Assembly: GCA_000092065.1 (NCBI GenBank)
Contig: CP000587.1
From: Ostreococcus lucimarinus
Lineage: Eukaryota
Strand: one strand, 5' to 3'
DNA length: 64,000 bases
The notes under the pieces are model-generated. The model had not been told where the DNA came from and did not search any database. It saw nothing but the letters and a program-made list of their open reading frames with translations. The position numbers and the translations under genes are program-made. Shown piece after piece: positions 34,940 through 44,399 of the stretch (its first letter is position 1; each line of letters opens with the position of its first letter).

Positions 34940-35719
34940 CTACTCTAACTCTACGTCGTCATCTTCATCGTCGCGAAACGTCCCACAGACGAAGTCGGGA
35001 GGCGGCGCGGTTTCCCGCAGAATCGAATTCTGCCCCGTTTTCGCGCCGTCGCGCACCAACTCGAAATAATGACAATCCCGTCCCTGTCCCACTCTGTACG
35101 GCGGCGTTTGCACCTCGAGCACCGCGCACGCCGACAGCGCCGACAGCGTGTGCACGTTCGCCCTCCTCGGATACAAAATTCTCGTCGCCCCTCGCGCGCC
35201 GTTCGCCGCCGACATCACCTCGTCGACGCAATCGCGCGCTTCGTGTTCCCCCCCCCGCGCGGCGTGCGCGTCGCGCGTCGACAACCTCGGCGCGTCGTCG
35301 ATCAAATCGTACGCCTTCACGCGCGTCTCCCCGAACAGGCACCGCATGAGCACCGTCATTCCCGGATGGTTGTGCAGCGGTATCGTCTGTCCGCGCTCGA
35401 AGACGAACGCGCCGACGGTGAAGTCCTCCTCCGCGTGCAACCGCAGGTACGTCACCGTCGCCTGCGGCGTCGACGTCGCCCGCGGCGTCGACGTCGTCGA
35501 CGCCTCGCCGTCGCGCTCGCGCGCGTCCCGCGCGTCCCGCGCCTCGGCGCGCCGCGAGAACGCGCGCAGCGCGCGCAATCCCACGTCATCCATCGACACC
35601 GCGCACACCGCGCGCGCGATCTCCTCGACCGCGCGCGGCGACGCCTCGAGTCGCTTCGCCGCGCCCGCGCGCCGCAGGTGTCGCGCGCACGTCGCGACGA
35701 GCGCGTCGAGCGTCGTCAT
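34940..35719 (-). CDS. Plant-cysteine-oxidase / cysteamine (2-aminoethanethiol) dioxygenase family (PCO/ADO, DUF1637 cupin).
   Basis: [53 protein letters not shown] closely parallels PCO (...[27 protein letters not shown]...). ATG verified (CAT at 35717-35719). Confidence 0.6.
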   Translation of the reverse strand: [259 protein letters not shown]

Positions 35720-35775
35720 CGCGCGCGGCGCACTGCGGCGGCGGCGGCGGCACTCACCGACGCGACGACGCGACG

Positions 35776-36492
35776 ATGCGCCCGCAGCGCGGCGGACGCG
35801 GCGGACGCGGCGCGCGCGGCGCGCGCGGCGGACGCGGCGGACGCGGACGCGGCGACGCGCGCGCGCCGTCGTCGAACGGGGGCATCTGGAGGAGCAAAGT
35901 CACGTGCTTCGGGTGTCGAGGCGTCGGACACACGCTGCGGGACTGCCGCGTGGCCAAGGGCGGGAGCGCGACGATGCGGCGAGGGGAGAAATCGTGCTAT
36001 AACTGCGGCGCGAGCGATCACGCGGCGCGAGACTGCGCGGCGGCGTGGACGAATTACGCGCACGCGAAGTGCTTCGTGTGCGGCGAGACGGGACACCTGA
36101 GCAAGAGCTGCCCGAGGAACGAGCGCGGGGTGTACGTGAACGGAGGTGAGTGTAAGATATGCAAGGCGAAGGATCACTTGGTGAAGGATTGCCCGCACAA
36201 GGGAGACACGTGCATTCGGTGCGGGGAGCGGGGACACTTCGCGGCGGGATGCTCGAAACCGTTCGCGGGGGCGAAGACGACGAAGGCGAAGACGGGGGAG
36301 AAACGACGGTTGGGGGGGGATGATTTAGACGATGATTTCGTCGCCGGTGGTCGTGACGACGGCGATGGTGTCGACGGCGACGCGAGCGAGGATGCGGGCG
36401 TCGAGGCCGAGGAGGTAGAGGCGGAATCGAAGAAGAATCCTTCAAAAAAGTCGAAAAAGGACAAGAAGAATCGAGAGGTTGTCTTTTCCTGA
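35776..36492 (+). CDS. CCHC zinc-knuckle protein (CNBP/Air1/ZCCHC9-like) with an N-terminal RGG/GAR box and a C-terminal Lys-rich tail.
   Basis: The N-terminus reads RGGRGGRGARGARGGRGGRGRGD. At least six CX2CX4HX4C knuckles follow: CFGCRGVGHTLRDC, CYNCGASDHAARDC, CFVCGETGHLSKSC, CKICKAKDHLVKDC, CIRCGERGHFAAGC. ATG at 35776 verified. Confidence 0.65.
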   Translation: MRPQRGGRGGRGARGARGGRGGRGRGDARAPSSNGGIWRSKVTCFGCRGVGHTLRDCRVAKGGSATMRRGEKSCYNCGASDHAARDCAAAWTNYAHAKCFVCGETGHLSKSCPRNERGVYVNGGECKICKAKDHLVKDCPHKGDTCIRCGERGHFAAGCSKPFAGAKTTKAKTGEKRRLGGDDLDDDFVAGGRDDGDGVDGDASEDAGVEAEEVEAESKKNPSKKSKKDKKNREVVFS

Positions 36493-37095
36493 TGACTGGT
36501 ACTACAATCGCTACTTTCGAGGGCTTTAGGTCGTTCGGCGAGATCGCGCGAGCGAGCTGTCCCTCCTTCGCGTGGGGTGTAGTACTGCGGCTGGGTCAAC
36601 CCTGGGTTAACCTGCCGCAGGCGAGCGATAGTTTGTACGCTATCGCCGCCTTGTTTCGGGTGTCTTCTGGCGTCGGCCTCTGCGCGAGGGTCAGTCTGCG
36701 CGGCCCGTCTCGGAGATGACGATCGCGCGAGTCGTCGCGCGAACGCGCGCGCGCGCGTCCATCGCCGCGCACATCGATTCAAAAGAATTCGTACCCGCTT
36801 TCTTTCCTTCGTTTTCGTGTCTTGCTAGTCGCGCGCGCGACGCCCGAGGCGCCGCCCGAGGCGGGATCCGGCGCCGAGAAACGCCGTTTCAACGCGCCCC
36901 GTCTCGCGCGTCCGCGCGTCGCGCGCGCCGCGGCGCGGCGCTCGAACGACGCGCGGTTCGATGTTCGACCTTTTTTCTTCTTTCGCGACGCTTCCGCGAC
37001 GACCGCGCCGAGTCGCGCGCGCGTCGCAGAGTGCCGAGGTGCCCTCGCGCGCGTCCGAGGCGCGCGTCACGAGGTCGAGACGCCGAGACGAAACG

Positions 37096-37512
37096 TCACA
37101 TGGAGGCATGACGAAGAAGACGCACGTGAAAAAGTTTCTGCGACGCCAACGACGCGTGGCGGAGAACGCGCGCGTCGCGGGGGACCGAAATTTCGCGCGG
37201 CTCGCGCAAATCGCGCTCGCGCCCGGTCAAGACGCGCACGCACGCCAGGGCGTGCGAGACGCCGGACTCGTAGTTGACTTCACGGCAGAGAGGACACTGG
37301 TGCGACACTCGCATCCACGGAAGGAGACAATCGGCGTGAAAAGTGTGAGAGCAAGGAAGCTGCGCGAGTTCGCCGACGGCGAGCGAATCGCGACAGACGC
37401 CGCATTCGCGGTCGTCTGCGAGCGGGCGCACGGCGAGCAACGCTCGCGCTTCCTGATGACTGGTTCGCGCGCGCGCGCGCGTTGTAGTGATATCTATCGC
37501 GATGAATTTCAT
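37096..37512 (-). CDS. RING-H2 zinc finger protein, a putative E3 ubiquitin ligase.
   Basis: CGVCRDSLAVGELAQLPCSHTFHADCLLPWMRVSHQCPLCR is a canonical C3H2C3 RING-H2. ATG verified (CAT at 37510-37512). The C-terminal tail is unusual, so the exon structure is uncertain. Confidence 0.45.
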   Translation of the reverse strand: MKFIAIDITTTRARARTSHQEARALLAVRPLADDRECGVCRDSLAVGELAQLPCSHTFHADCLLPWMRVSHQCPLCREVNYESGVSHALACVRVLTGRERDLREPREISVPRDARVLRHASLASQKLFHVRLLRHASM

Positions 37513-37734
37513 TCGTTCCGTCTCTCGTTCGCTTATTAAACTCGCATTAATGTGTGCTCGTGCGAATGGATGGTTTTGGGAGAGGGCGGCGTCGCGTCCG
37601 TCGCGACGCCGTCGTCTCGCGCCGGAAGTTGTTTGTACAGGATGGAAGGCGCGAATCGTGAAAAATATTGCGTCGTCGAAACGGACGCAGGAAAAGCCAA
37701 CTTGCCGCGGTAATCTCGCGGGATCGCGGCTCGT

Positions 37735-38985
37735 TTACTTCTTCCCGGCGCCGGAGAGGATGCGATCGAAAGACTTGGCGAAGCCGTCGAGCGCGGTGGG
37801 CTTGTAGCCGACGAGCTCGGTGGAAATATCAAACACTTCGTTCGCCTTGGCCATGTCTCTGCCTTCCTTCGACGGCTTGTTGTTGAACGCAATCGTGCGC
37901 GTGTCGTCGTTGTTGTTGTTGTAGTTGTCCCAAAGCTGGTCGCCACCACCCTTCCAGGCCCAGTACGCGCCTTGCTCGCTGTATCGCGGATCGTACACGA
38001 TGGAGGCGAGGCGTTCGCCGGCTTCTTCCTCGCTGACGTAACCCTTGGTGACGTTCTTTTGAAGAATCGGGAAGAACCAGCGGAAGAACGCGGTGTGGTT
38101 GCGGAACAAGTTGGAATCCGCGATGCATCCCGGGTACATCGTGCTGAACTTGATCCCCGTGGATTCGCCGAAACGCTCGGCGAACGCCTTGATGTCGAGC
38201 ATGTTGCACAGCTTGGAATCCTTGTACGCCTTGGCGCCGATGAAGCGAGTGCCGTCGATCAACGCGCCTTGGTTACGGTCGCTATTCTTGAAGCCGTTTC
38301 TCAAGCCCGACATGTCGCCGAGACCCGCGCGCGGCGGCACTTGACCGGCGAGCGTGTTCGTGTTGCCCGTCACCGACCCGACGATGATCAAACGCTTCAT
38401 GTTCGCGTCCGGCGCTTCCGCGAGATCGTCGAGCAAGAGCAAAGACAACAAGTGGTGACCGAGATGATTCACCCCCACGCACTCCTCGAACCCATCCTTG
38501 GTGTACGACGGCACCGTGGCGTTCGGGAGATACAGCGCCGCGTTGCACACCAGCGCTTGAAAGTTCTTCACGTACTTGGATCGTCGGAACTCGGTCGCGA
38601 AATCGCGCACCGACTGCAAGTCACCGAGTTCGAGGTACATGATCGCGTACGACGACTCGTCCAGCCCCAGCTCGTTCGCCTTGACCTGCATCTTCTCCGG
38701 CGAGCGCACCGCGTTGACGACGAAGTATCCATTCTTGATCAGCGCCTTCGCCGTGTACAGCCCGAGTCCCGAGGACGAGCCCGTGACGATGGCGACCGGT
38801 TTGTTTTCCGCGTTCGCCGGCATCACGTTTTGTTGCGACGACGCCGCGCGCGCGACGACGGCGCGCCCACCGCGGCGCGTCGGCGTCGCCGCGCGTCTTC
38901 CGGAAGATCCCTTCCTCGCGGTCGTCATCCGTCCCGCCGCGTTCGGCGTCGACGACGCGCGGAGCGAAGACGCGCGCGCGTGCAT
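37735..38985 (-). CDS. POR: Light-dependent NADPH:protochlorophyllide oxidoreductase (POR, SDR family) with an N-terminal transit-peptide-like extension.
   Basis: KPVAIVTGSSSGLGLYTAKAL...LVCNAALYLP...GFEECVGVNHLGHHLLSLLLLDDL...KRLIIVGSVTGNTNTLAGQVPP...GAKAYKDSKLCNML...TMYPGCIADSNLFRNH...ILQKNVTKGYVSEEEAGERLA is colinear with plant POR. The first plausible ATG for an S/T/R-rich presequence (MHARASSLRASST...) is CAT at 38983-38985. The ORF continues in frame upstream to 39108. Confidence 0.8.
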   Translation of the reverse strand: MHARASSLRASSTPNAAGRMTTARKGSSGRRAATPTRRGGRAVVARAASSQQNVMPANAENKPVAIVTGSSSGLGLYTAKALIKNGYFVVNAVRSPEKMQVKANELGLDESSYAIMYLELGDLQSVRDFATEFRRSKYVKNFQALVCNAALYLPNATVPSYTKDGFEECVGVNHLGHHLLSLLLLDDLAEAPDANMKRLIIVGSVTGNTNTLAGQVPPRAGLGDMSGLRNGFKNSDRNQGALIDGTRFIGAKAYKDSKLCNMLDIKAFAERFGESTGIKFSTMYPGCIADSNLFRNHTAFFRWFFPILQKNVTKGYVSEEEAGERLASIVYDPRYSEQGAYWAWKGGGDQLWDNYNNNNDDTRTIAFNNKPSKEGRDMAKANEVFDISTELVGYKPTALDGFAKSFDRILSGAGKK

Positions 38986-39381
38986 GACTGGTTGGCTGGT
39001 TGGTGCGCGAGGCGTCGCGAGGTCGCGACCGAGTCGACGTGTGCGGCGCGCGCGATTCCGGGCGCGAGGTCCCGGCGCGAGGTCGGCGTGTGGATAATAC
39101 TCACGCACCTCGATCGCGATTGCAGTTCGATTTTAGCGCGGACGCGATTCACACGCGAATTGCGAAAAGTGCAGTAATATGCACGAATTAAAGCCTAGAT
39201 CGCACGCGATGCGCGAGAATCACGCGATGCGCGATCAGAGCACCCGTAACATTAGCGCCGCGTGGAGACCTCGGCTGGGGGCGAGCGCTATCGGGCGAAT
39301 TTGCATGTATACGGGTTGGAGACAACCCGATGAATTTCAGCCGGATTCAACGCCGGCGGTGACTCCTGCAACGAATGAGTG

Positions 39382-39511
39382 TTCCCGATAGTATAATGGT
39401 TTAGTATGCCACGCTGTCAAAGGCGTCACGTCGAACGACGTGAGACGAGAAAACGTGAGAAAACGTGAACACAGCGCCGTGGAGATCGGGGTTCGATTCC
39501 CCGTCGGGAAA
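39382..39511 (+). tRNA. tRNA-Asp (anticodon GUC) with a 57-nt intron at the canonical 37/38 position.
   Basis: The acceptor stem TTCCCGA / TCGGGAA forms 7 perfect pairs. The D arm is TA GTAT aatggttta GTAT. The anticodon stem CCACG / CGTGG forms 5 perfect pairs, and the loop CTGTCA[intron]C carries anticodon GTC. The T arm has the conserved GGTTCGATTCC. Discriminator A is at 39511. The intron spans 39420..39476. Confidence 0.6.
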
Positions 39512-39572
39512 AGCGATAACTTTTTGGCTTTTTGGGTCGGGAAAAGCGATAACCCCGTCGGGAAATCTTTTG
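39498..39572 (+). repeat. Local duplication of the tRNA 3' end and trailer.
   Basis: ccccgtcgggaaaagcgataac ... gggtcgggaaaagcgataac cccgtcgggaaatc. The acceptor-3'/trailer motif 'gtcgggaaaagcgataac' occurs twice and 'ccccgtcgggaaa' recurs a third time. Confidence 0.6.
39521..39525 (+). terminator. T5 run downstream of the tRNA, a putative RNA polymerase III terminator.
   Basis: ttttt lies 10 nt after the tRNA 3' end. A second T5 is at 39531-39535. Confidence 0.45.
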
Positions 39573-39842
39573 CATCAAAAACAACGAGTGTTGTATGTAC
39601 ATTACAAGGCGGGATGGTGGGCTATGAGGCGCCGGTGGGCTACTAGGCGGGATGGTGGGCTATGGAGCGCCTCCGTCACGGTGCGCGGACGCCGATCGAT
39701 CTCGCGTTTTCGGCGAGACTCGTCGGCCAAGGCAAACATCCGGAGTTCCGCCACACATCCTGTTCGTCGAATCGACGTGCACGCGGCCAAGACTTCGGCG
39801 CATCGAGCGTGCAGCTGCGGCGCGATGAGCACCTCGTACACT

Positions 39843-40886
39843 TCACGGAGCGACGACTCCCCGTTCATCGTTCCAGTCGTCTGGCAAACCGCTCGGGGGT
39901 CCTCCGACCTCGTTTTGGTGCACCCATATGCGCACGATCCATTTCTCTTCGTTCGCTTCCGTGCCCTCGTGCTCGACGCGGTCGTCGAACTCGCCGTCGG
40001 CGTTCGCCGGAAAGAACACCAAGGCGCGTCCTTTCGCCGGTCGCACGGCGAGGTCACCCAACCGCCCGAACACGGTCTGACCGCCACCGCGCACCTCATC
40101 AACGTCGTTCAAGTAGACGAGCAAGGTCACTAAAGTCTGCCCGCCGCGATTGGCGTCCTCCACCGCCGCGCCGCGATTGGCGTCGAAGTGCGGCGCCAGC
40201 TTCTGGCCTCGCTCGTACCGAATCACCGTCGGCGCCTCGTACGTCGTCCACGACGTCCCCGGAAGCAATCTCTCCGTCGCTCGTATCAACTCACGCTCAC
40301 CGACCCCAGAGCCGTCCAACGCCGTGCTCGTGCTCGTTCGCAAATCCCCGAGCTCTCGCTCCTTATCTTTCACGTACGCCAGAGACGCCGCGTACGCCGC
40401 GCCGACGGCGCCCAAGTACCCGACCACGCCCTCGCCGAGCAACCCCAGGCCGGACTGCCCGAACGCGGCCGATCCTATCAACATCGCGAGCGCTCCGATC
40501 CAAACCGCGGGTCCACTGGACACCGTGGACGTCCACGCCTCGACGTCGTTCGTCCACCCGGCGTACACCACCGGGCTCTGCGTCATGTCCCCTTTCGCCT
40601 TCGCCCGAGCGATTATGTCCGCGCACGCGTCGGCGCTCAGAAAGTCATCGACGACGAAGACGTCGGGGGAGGCGTGCAGCTGCCGCAAACCGTCCGCGTA
40701 GCGGTCGATGGGGACGTGCTTGTCTAAAACCGCCGCCGAGCGCGCGGTGGGGACCGCCGCGCCGAAACCGGCGCGCGGCGGCGCGCCGCGGCGCGTTCGC
40801 GCGGGCACGCGCGACGACGTCGACGCCGGCGTCGACGCTCGCCGCTCGCAGAGCGACGCGGCGAGACGAGGCGCGGATGTCGTCAT
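39843..40886 (-). CDS. Prolyl 4-hydroxylase-like 2OG-Fe(II) oxygenase (P4Hc-type).
   Basis: ...YERGQKLAPHFDA...GQTLVTLLVYLNDVDEVRGGGQTVF...PAKGRALVFFP... matches the P4H alpha catalytic domain with its HxD...H...R pattern. ATG verified (CAT at 40884-40886). Confidence 0.6.
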   Translation of the reverse strand: MTTSAPRLAASLCERRASTPASTSSRVPARTRRGAPPRAGFGAAVPTARSAAVLDKHVPIDRYADGLRQLHASPDVFVVDDFLSADACADIIARAKAKGDMTQSPVVYAGWTNDVEAWTSTVSSGPAVWIGALAMLIGSAAFGQSGLGLLGEGVVGYLGAVGAAYAASLAYVKDKERELGDLRTSTSTALDGSGVGERELIRATERLLPGTSWTTYEAPTVIRYERGQKLAPHFDANRGAAVEDANRGGQTLVTLLVYLNDVDEVRGGGQTVFGRLGDLAVRPAKGRALVFFPANADGEFDDRVEHEGTEANEEKWIVRIWVHQNEVGGPPSGLPDDWNDERGVVAP

Positions 40887-41125
40887 GACGCGGTGTGACG
40901 CGAGGCGAGGCGAGACGAGACGTTCGTGTTTTGCTTTTCCAGTGACATAACAAGAGACATTTCCTAGCGAAACGAATCGAGTTCAACGTACACACCGCGC
41001 CGCGATAGACTATTTAATTATCAGATTAACCGAGCGACGCTGGACGAGCGCGGGCTCGTTCGAACCCGCGCTCGCGTCGTCGCTCCACCCCCCAAAGAAT
41101 CTGCGTCCCTCGTCGGCGTCTCGGC

Positions 41126-41854
41126 TTACGCCTTGACAACCTTGGTGACGAGGAAACGAGTCATGGATTGGCGATGACCGTTCTTCTTGCGATAGTGCTT
41201 CTTCGGTCTGTACTTGAAAACGATCACCTTCTTCGCGTCAAAGTTCTCCAACACCGTCGCCTCGACGCGCGCGCCCTTCACGTACGGGTGGCCCCAGTTC
41301 GGCGCGTTCCCGTCGTGCGTTCCGAGCACGCGTTCGAACGCAATCTTCGAGCCCGGCTCGACGCCCTTCAACGAGTGGCACTCGTAGAAGCGCCCTTCGG
41401 AAACAAACTGCTGCGAGCCGCCGACTTCGATGATGGCGTCCCACTTCGGGGCGGCGCCCGCGGACGGGGGCGTGTTGAAACCGATTTGGTTGATCGAGCT
41501 CTCCGCCGTCGCTGCGAGGGATGAAACAAACGCGCCGTCAGTACACACAACTTTATCACGCCACTCGCGCACCGCCCTTCGCGCGCGCGTTCGCGCCTCG
41601 CCGCCTCCTCGCGCCTCGTCGTCGCGTCTCGCGCCCTATCCCCACAGGTTTTAGGTTTTTCGCCCGCCCGCCCGTCCCATCCTTCGTCGTCGCGTCGCTC
41701 GATGCTCACCCTCCACGCGCACGTCGCGCTTCACCGCGCGCGTCGTCAAGGAAATCTTCGCGCCGTTGCGCTCGACGCTCGCCTTCGCGCGCATTCGCAT
41801 CGCGCGGTTCGCCCCCATCGCGGGCGTCGCCGTCATCGCCGTCATCGCCATCAT
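41126..41854 (-). CDS. Organellar (bacterial-type) ribosomal protein bL21. I propose a two-exon model: exon 1 at 41710..41854, intron at 41512..41709, exon 2 at 41126..41511.
   Basis: Exon 2 encodes ...KWDAIIEVGGSQQFVSEGRFYECHSLKGVEPGSKIAFERVLGTHDGNAPNWGHPYVKGARVEATVLENFDAKKVIVFKYRPKKHYRKKNGHRQSMTRFLVTKV, which matches bL21. The track's start at 41572 is GTG. Upstream, the minus-strand ORF MMAMTAMTATPAMGANRAMRMRAKASVERNGAKISLTTRAVKRDVRVE (ATG verified) looks like a transit peptide. It ends at a 5' splice site GAG G|gtgagc. A polypyrimidine tract plus ...tttgtttcatccctcgcag| gives a phase-compatible acceptor that joins exon 2 in frame (...RVE-A-TAESSINQ...). Confidence 0.55.
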
Positions 41855-42187
41855 CGTTCGCGTCGCGCGCGCGTTCGCGCGTCTGAGATCGTGCGTGCTC
41901 GCGTCTCCGCGCTCGCGTTCGGCGCGAGTTTAAGTCTCGCGCGTCTGAGTCTCGCGCGTCGCGGTGGCGCGTCGTCGAGTGCCGCGCGTCGCCCGCGTCG
42001 CCGTCGTCCCGCGGTCGCGCCCGGTCGCGGGCGTCTCGCCCCGCGGACTGTTTGCGCATACGGACCGACGCGTCGTCGCACACATGGGCGTTTCTGGGGG
42101 CGCTCTACGACGTTCGACGCCGTCGCGGATTTATGGACGCATCGGCGTCGCGCCGCGTCGCGACTCGGCGGCGCGGCGGCGACGGCG

Positions 42188-42757
42188 ATGCGCGCGACGG
42201 CGATCGCGCGCGCGCGCGCGACGGCGACGGCGCGCGCGACGGCGACGCGCGCGCGACGCGCGCGGCGAACGACGACGCGCGCGGGCGTCGAGGAAGAGAC
42301 GAACTTTGCCCCCATCGACGCGACGGCGAGCGACGCCCCGGGAGGCGTCGCCGACGGGCGGTTCGGACCGGAGGCCGCGCTGCTCGTCGGGTTCACCGAG
42401 AGCGAGGTCGCGCGATGGCGCGAGACGCTGGACGAGATCGGCGCGGATTTCGTGCGCGCGACGGCGTGCGAAGAGGCGACGCTCGACGCGCCGCTCGGAC
42501 GCGCGTTGGAGCGGCTTCCGCGAGAGGACGCGAGCGCGGCTAAACTCGCGCTCGGGGTGCCGAGGATGATGTTTTTGAGCGGGATGAGCTCGGCGGAGGT
42601 GATGGAGATCGTGGACGTGTACGACGAACTCGAATGGGAGCCGTGCGTGTTCGCGTGCGCGGTGCCGAAAAATTACGAGACAAACGTCCGCGCGCTACTG
42701 GCGGAGATCATGGACGACCACGAGCGCTTGACGGGGGAGGCGCGGTGTAATTTGTAA
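42188..42757 (+). CDS. Hypothetical protein with a conserved-looking C-terminal domain. It may be organelle-targeted.
   Basis: ATG at 42188 verified. The N-terminus MRATAIARARATATARATATRARRARRTTT is presequence-like. The C-terminal 120 aa are non-low-complexity (...LLVGFTESEVARWRETLDEIGADFVRATACEE...LSGMSSAEVMEIVDVYDELEWEPCVFACAVPKNYETNVRALLAEIMDDHERL). The portion of the track ORF upstream of 42188 overlaps bL21 exon 1. Confidence 0.3.
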   Translation: MRATAIARARATATARATATRARRARRTTTRAGVEEETNFAPIDATASDAPGGVADGRFGPEAALLVGFTESEVARWRETLDEIGADFVRATACEEATLDAPLGRALERLPREDASAAKLALGVPRMMFLSGMSSAEVMEIVDVYDELEWEPCVFACAVPKNYETNVRALLAEIMDDHERLTGEARCNL

Positions 42758-42806
42758 AACACACGCATTGTTTGCGCGCGCGCGATGTCTCGGGCGGCCT
42801 CGATAG

Positions 42807-44369
42807 ATGTTCGATTCGTCGACGCGCGAGCGCCCGTCTTCGCGAAGCTTCGCCGCGACGACGGCGTCGCGCCGCACACGCGCGCGCGCGCGCGCCATGC
42901 TCGCCCGCGCGTCGACGCGCGCGACGCTTCGCGCATCGACGCGCGCGACGCGCGCGACGACGGCGACGCGCGCGACCGCGCGGCGGCGCGCGCGGCGGCG
43001 CGAGCTCGAGCCAAAGTCGTTACGTCACCGGCGCCTCGTGCCGCTGACCGCGGGCGACGGCGACGGCGGTCAGCGGTCAGCGGGCGACGGCGACGATCGG
43101 CTGTGGAGCAACGTCGAGCGCGGCGACGATGGGTTGCGACGCCGCGCCGGATCGCTCGGCGCGTCCGTGGCGCTCGTCGCGGGGACGACGCTCGGCGCGG
43201 GCATGCTCGCGCTACCGCTCGTCTTGCGCGACGCGGGCTTCGTGCCGAGCACGGTCGTCATCGTCGCCTGCTGGGTCTTCTTCGCCGCGACCGGGCTGTG
43301 CGTGCTGGAAGTAAACCTCGGGACGATGTGCGAGCTCGGACGGGGCGGCGGGGTGTCGGTGAATGCGATGTGTCGAAGGACGCTCGGCGACGCCGGCGTA
43401 AACGCGGCGACGGCGTCGTTCGCGTTCATCCACTACGCGTTACTCGTGGCGTACGTGCAAAAGGTCGGGGAGCTCGCGGTTGAGATTTGGCCGCAGGTGC
43501 CAGGAGGGGCGAACGCGGCGTCGGTGGCGTACGCGACGGCGATGTCGACATTTTTGTACCTCGCCTCGCCGGCGAAAATCGAACGGTTCAACTCGGCGCT
43601 CTTCGCGGGCGTCGTCGGGACGTTTGTACCGCTGTTGCTGCTCGCCGCGAGGAGCGAAACGACTTCAGTGGATAATCTGCTCGCCGTGTCGGATTGGAGC
43701 GCGGCGCCGGCGACGATTCCAATCGTCGCCGTGGCGTTCGTGTATCACCAAGTCGTTCCAGTCGTGGCGACTTCGTTGGAGGGCGACAGGAAGCGCGCCA
43801 CGACGGCCGTGCTCGCGGGCACGGCGATACCGGCGTTGATGTTCATCTTGTGGGACGCCGCCGTGCTCGGAAGCGTCGACGCGGGGGCGATCGATGTCGA
43901 CCCTATCGGCGCTCTGCAAGCGTCTTCGCCGTTGACGGCGGCGCTCGTTCGTGGGTTCGAATTCTTCGCCGTATCGACGTCTTTCTTGGGATTCGGATGG
44001 GGTCTCGCGGATTTCCTCGCGGACGGCATGAAGACGACTGATATTCACGATCCGCGGCCGTGGGCCTTGGCGCTCGTGCCTCCCGTGATTTTCGCGCTCG
44101 CGTGCCCGGGCGTCTTCCTAGCCGCGCTCGACAGCGCGGGCGCTTTCGGGGTTTTAGTCGTGTTCGGTATGATTCCACCCGCGATGGTGTATAGACACAG
44201 GCAAATGCGAGACGAGTGTGCGCTCGAGAACGACCCAGTGGGGTGCTTGCCGGTATTAGATCCGGTGCTTCCGGGCGGTGCGCTCACGCTAGCGCTCATG
44301 TTCGCGTTCGCAGCGAGCGAGGTCGGTTCGGAGACCATCGGGCTTGCGCGTCAGTGGTTCCGCATGTGA
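42807..44369 (+). CDS. Amino-acid transporter of the tryptophan/tyrosine permease (aromatic amino acid permease) family, with an S/T/R-rich presequence.
   Basis: ...SLGASVALVAGTTLGAGMLALPLVLRDAGFVPSTVVIVACWVFFAATGLCVLEVN... plus about 11 TM helices is typical of Trp/Tyr permease family proteins. ATG at 42807 verified. Confidence 0.6.
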   Translation: MFDSSTRERPSSRSFAATTASRRTRARARAMLARASTRATLRASTRATRATTATRATARRRARRRELEPKSLRHRRLVPLTAGDGDGGQRSAGDGDDRLWSNVERGDDGLRRRAGSLGASVALVAGTTLGAGMLALPLVLRDAGFVPSTVVIVACWVFFAATGLCVLEVNLGTMCELGRGGGVSVNAMCRRTLGDAGVNAATASFAFIHYALLVAYVQKVGELAVEIWPQVPGGANAASVAYATAMSTFLYLASPAKIERFNSALFAGVVGTFVPLLLLAARSETTSVDNLLAVSDWSAAPATIPIVAVAFVYHQVVPVVATSLEGDRKRATTAVLAGTAIPALMFILWDAAVLGSVDAGAIDVDPIGALQASSPLTAALVRGFEFFAVSTSFLGFGWGLADFLADGMKTTDIHDPRPWALALVPPVIFALACPGVFLAALDSAGAFGVLVVFGMIPPAMVYRHRQMRDECALENDPVGCLPVLDPVLPGGALTLALMFAFAASEVGSETIGLARQWFRM

Positions 44370-44399
44370 AGCGTATTTCTAGGTGTATTATTGATTCAT

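Noticed and set aside
39662-40888. A 408-aa Pro/Arg/Ser-rich plus-strand ORF.
   Set aside because: It lies exactly antisense to the well-supported P4H-like gene (39843..40886) and is purely low-complexity. This is a typical high-GC antisense artefact.
41702-42187. The N-terminal 162 codons of track ORF 41702..42757.
   Set aside because: This stretch overlaps bL21 exon 1 on the opposite strand and is Arg/His low-complexity. I start the hypothetical gene at the ATG at 42188 instead.
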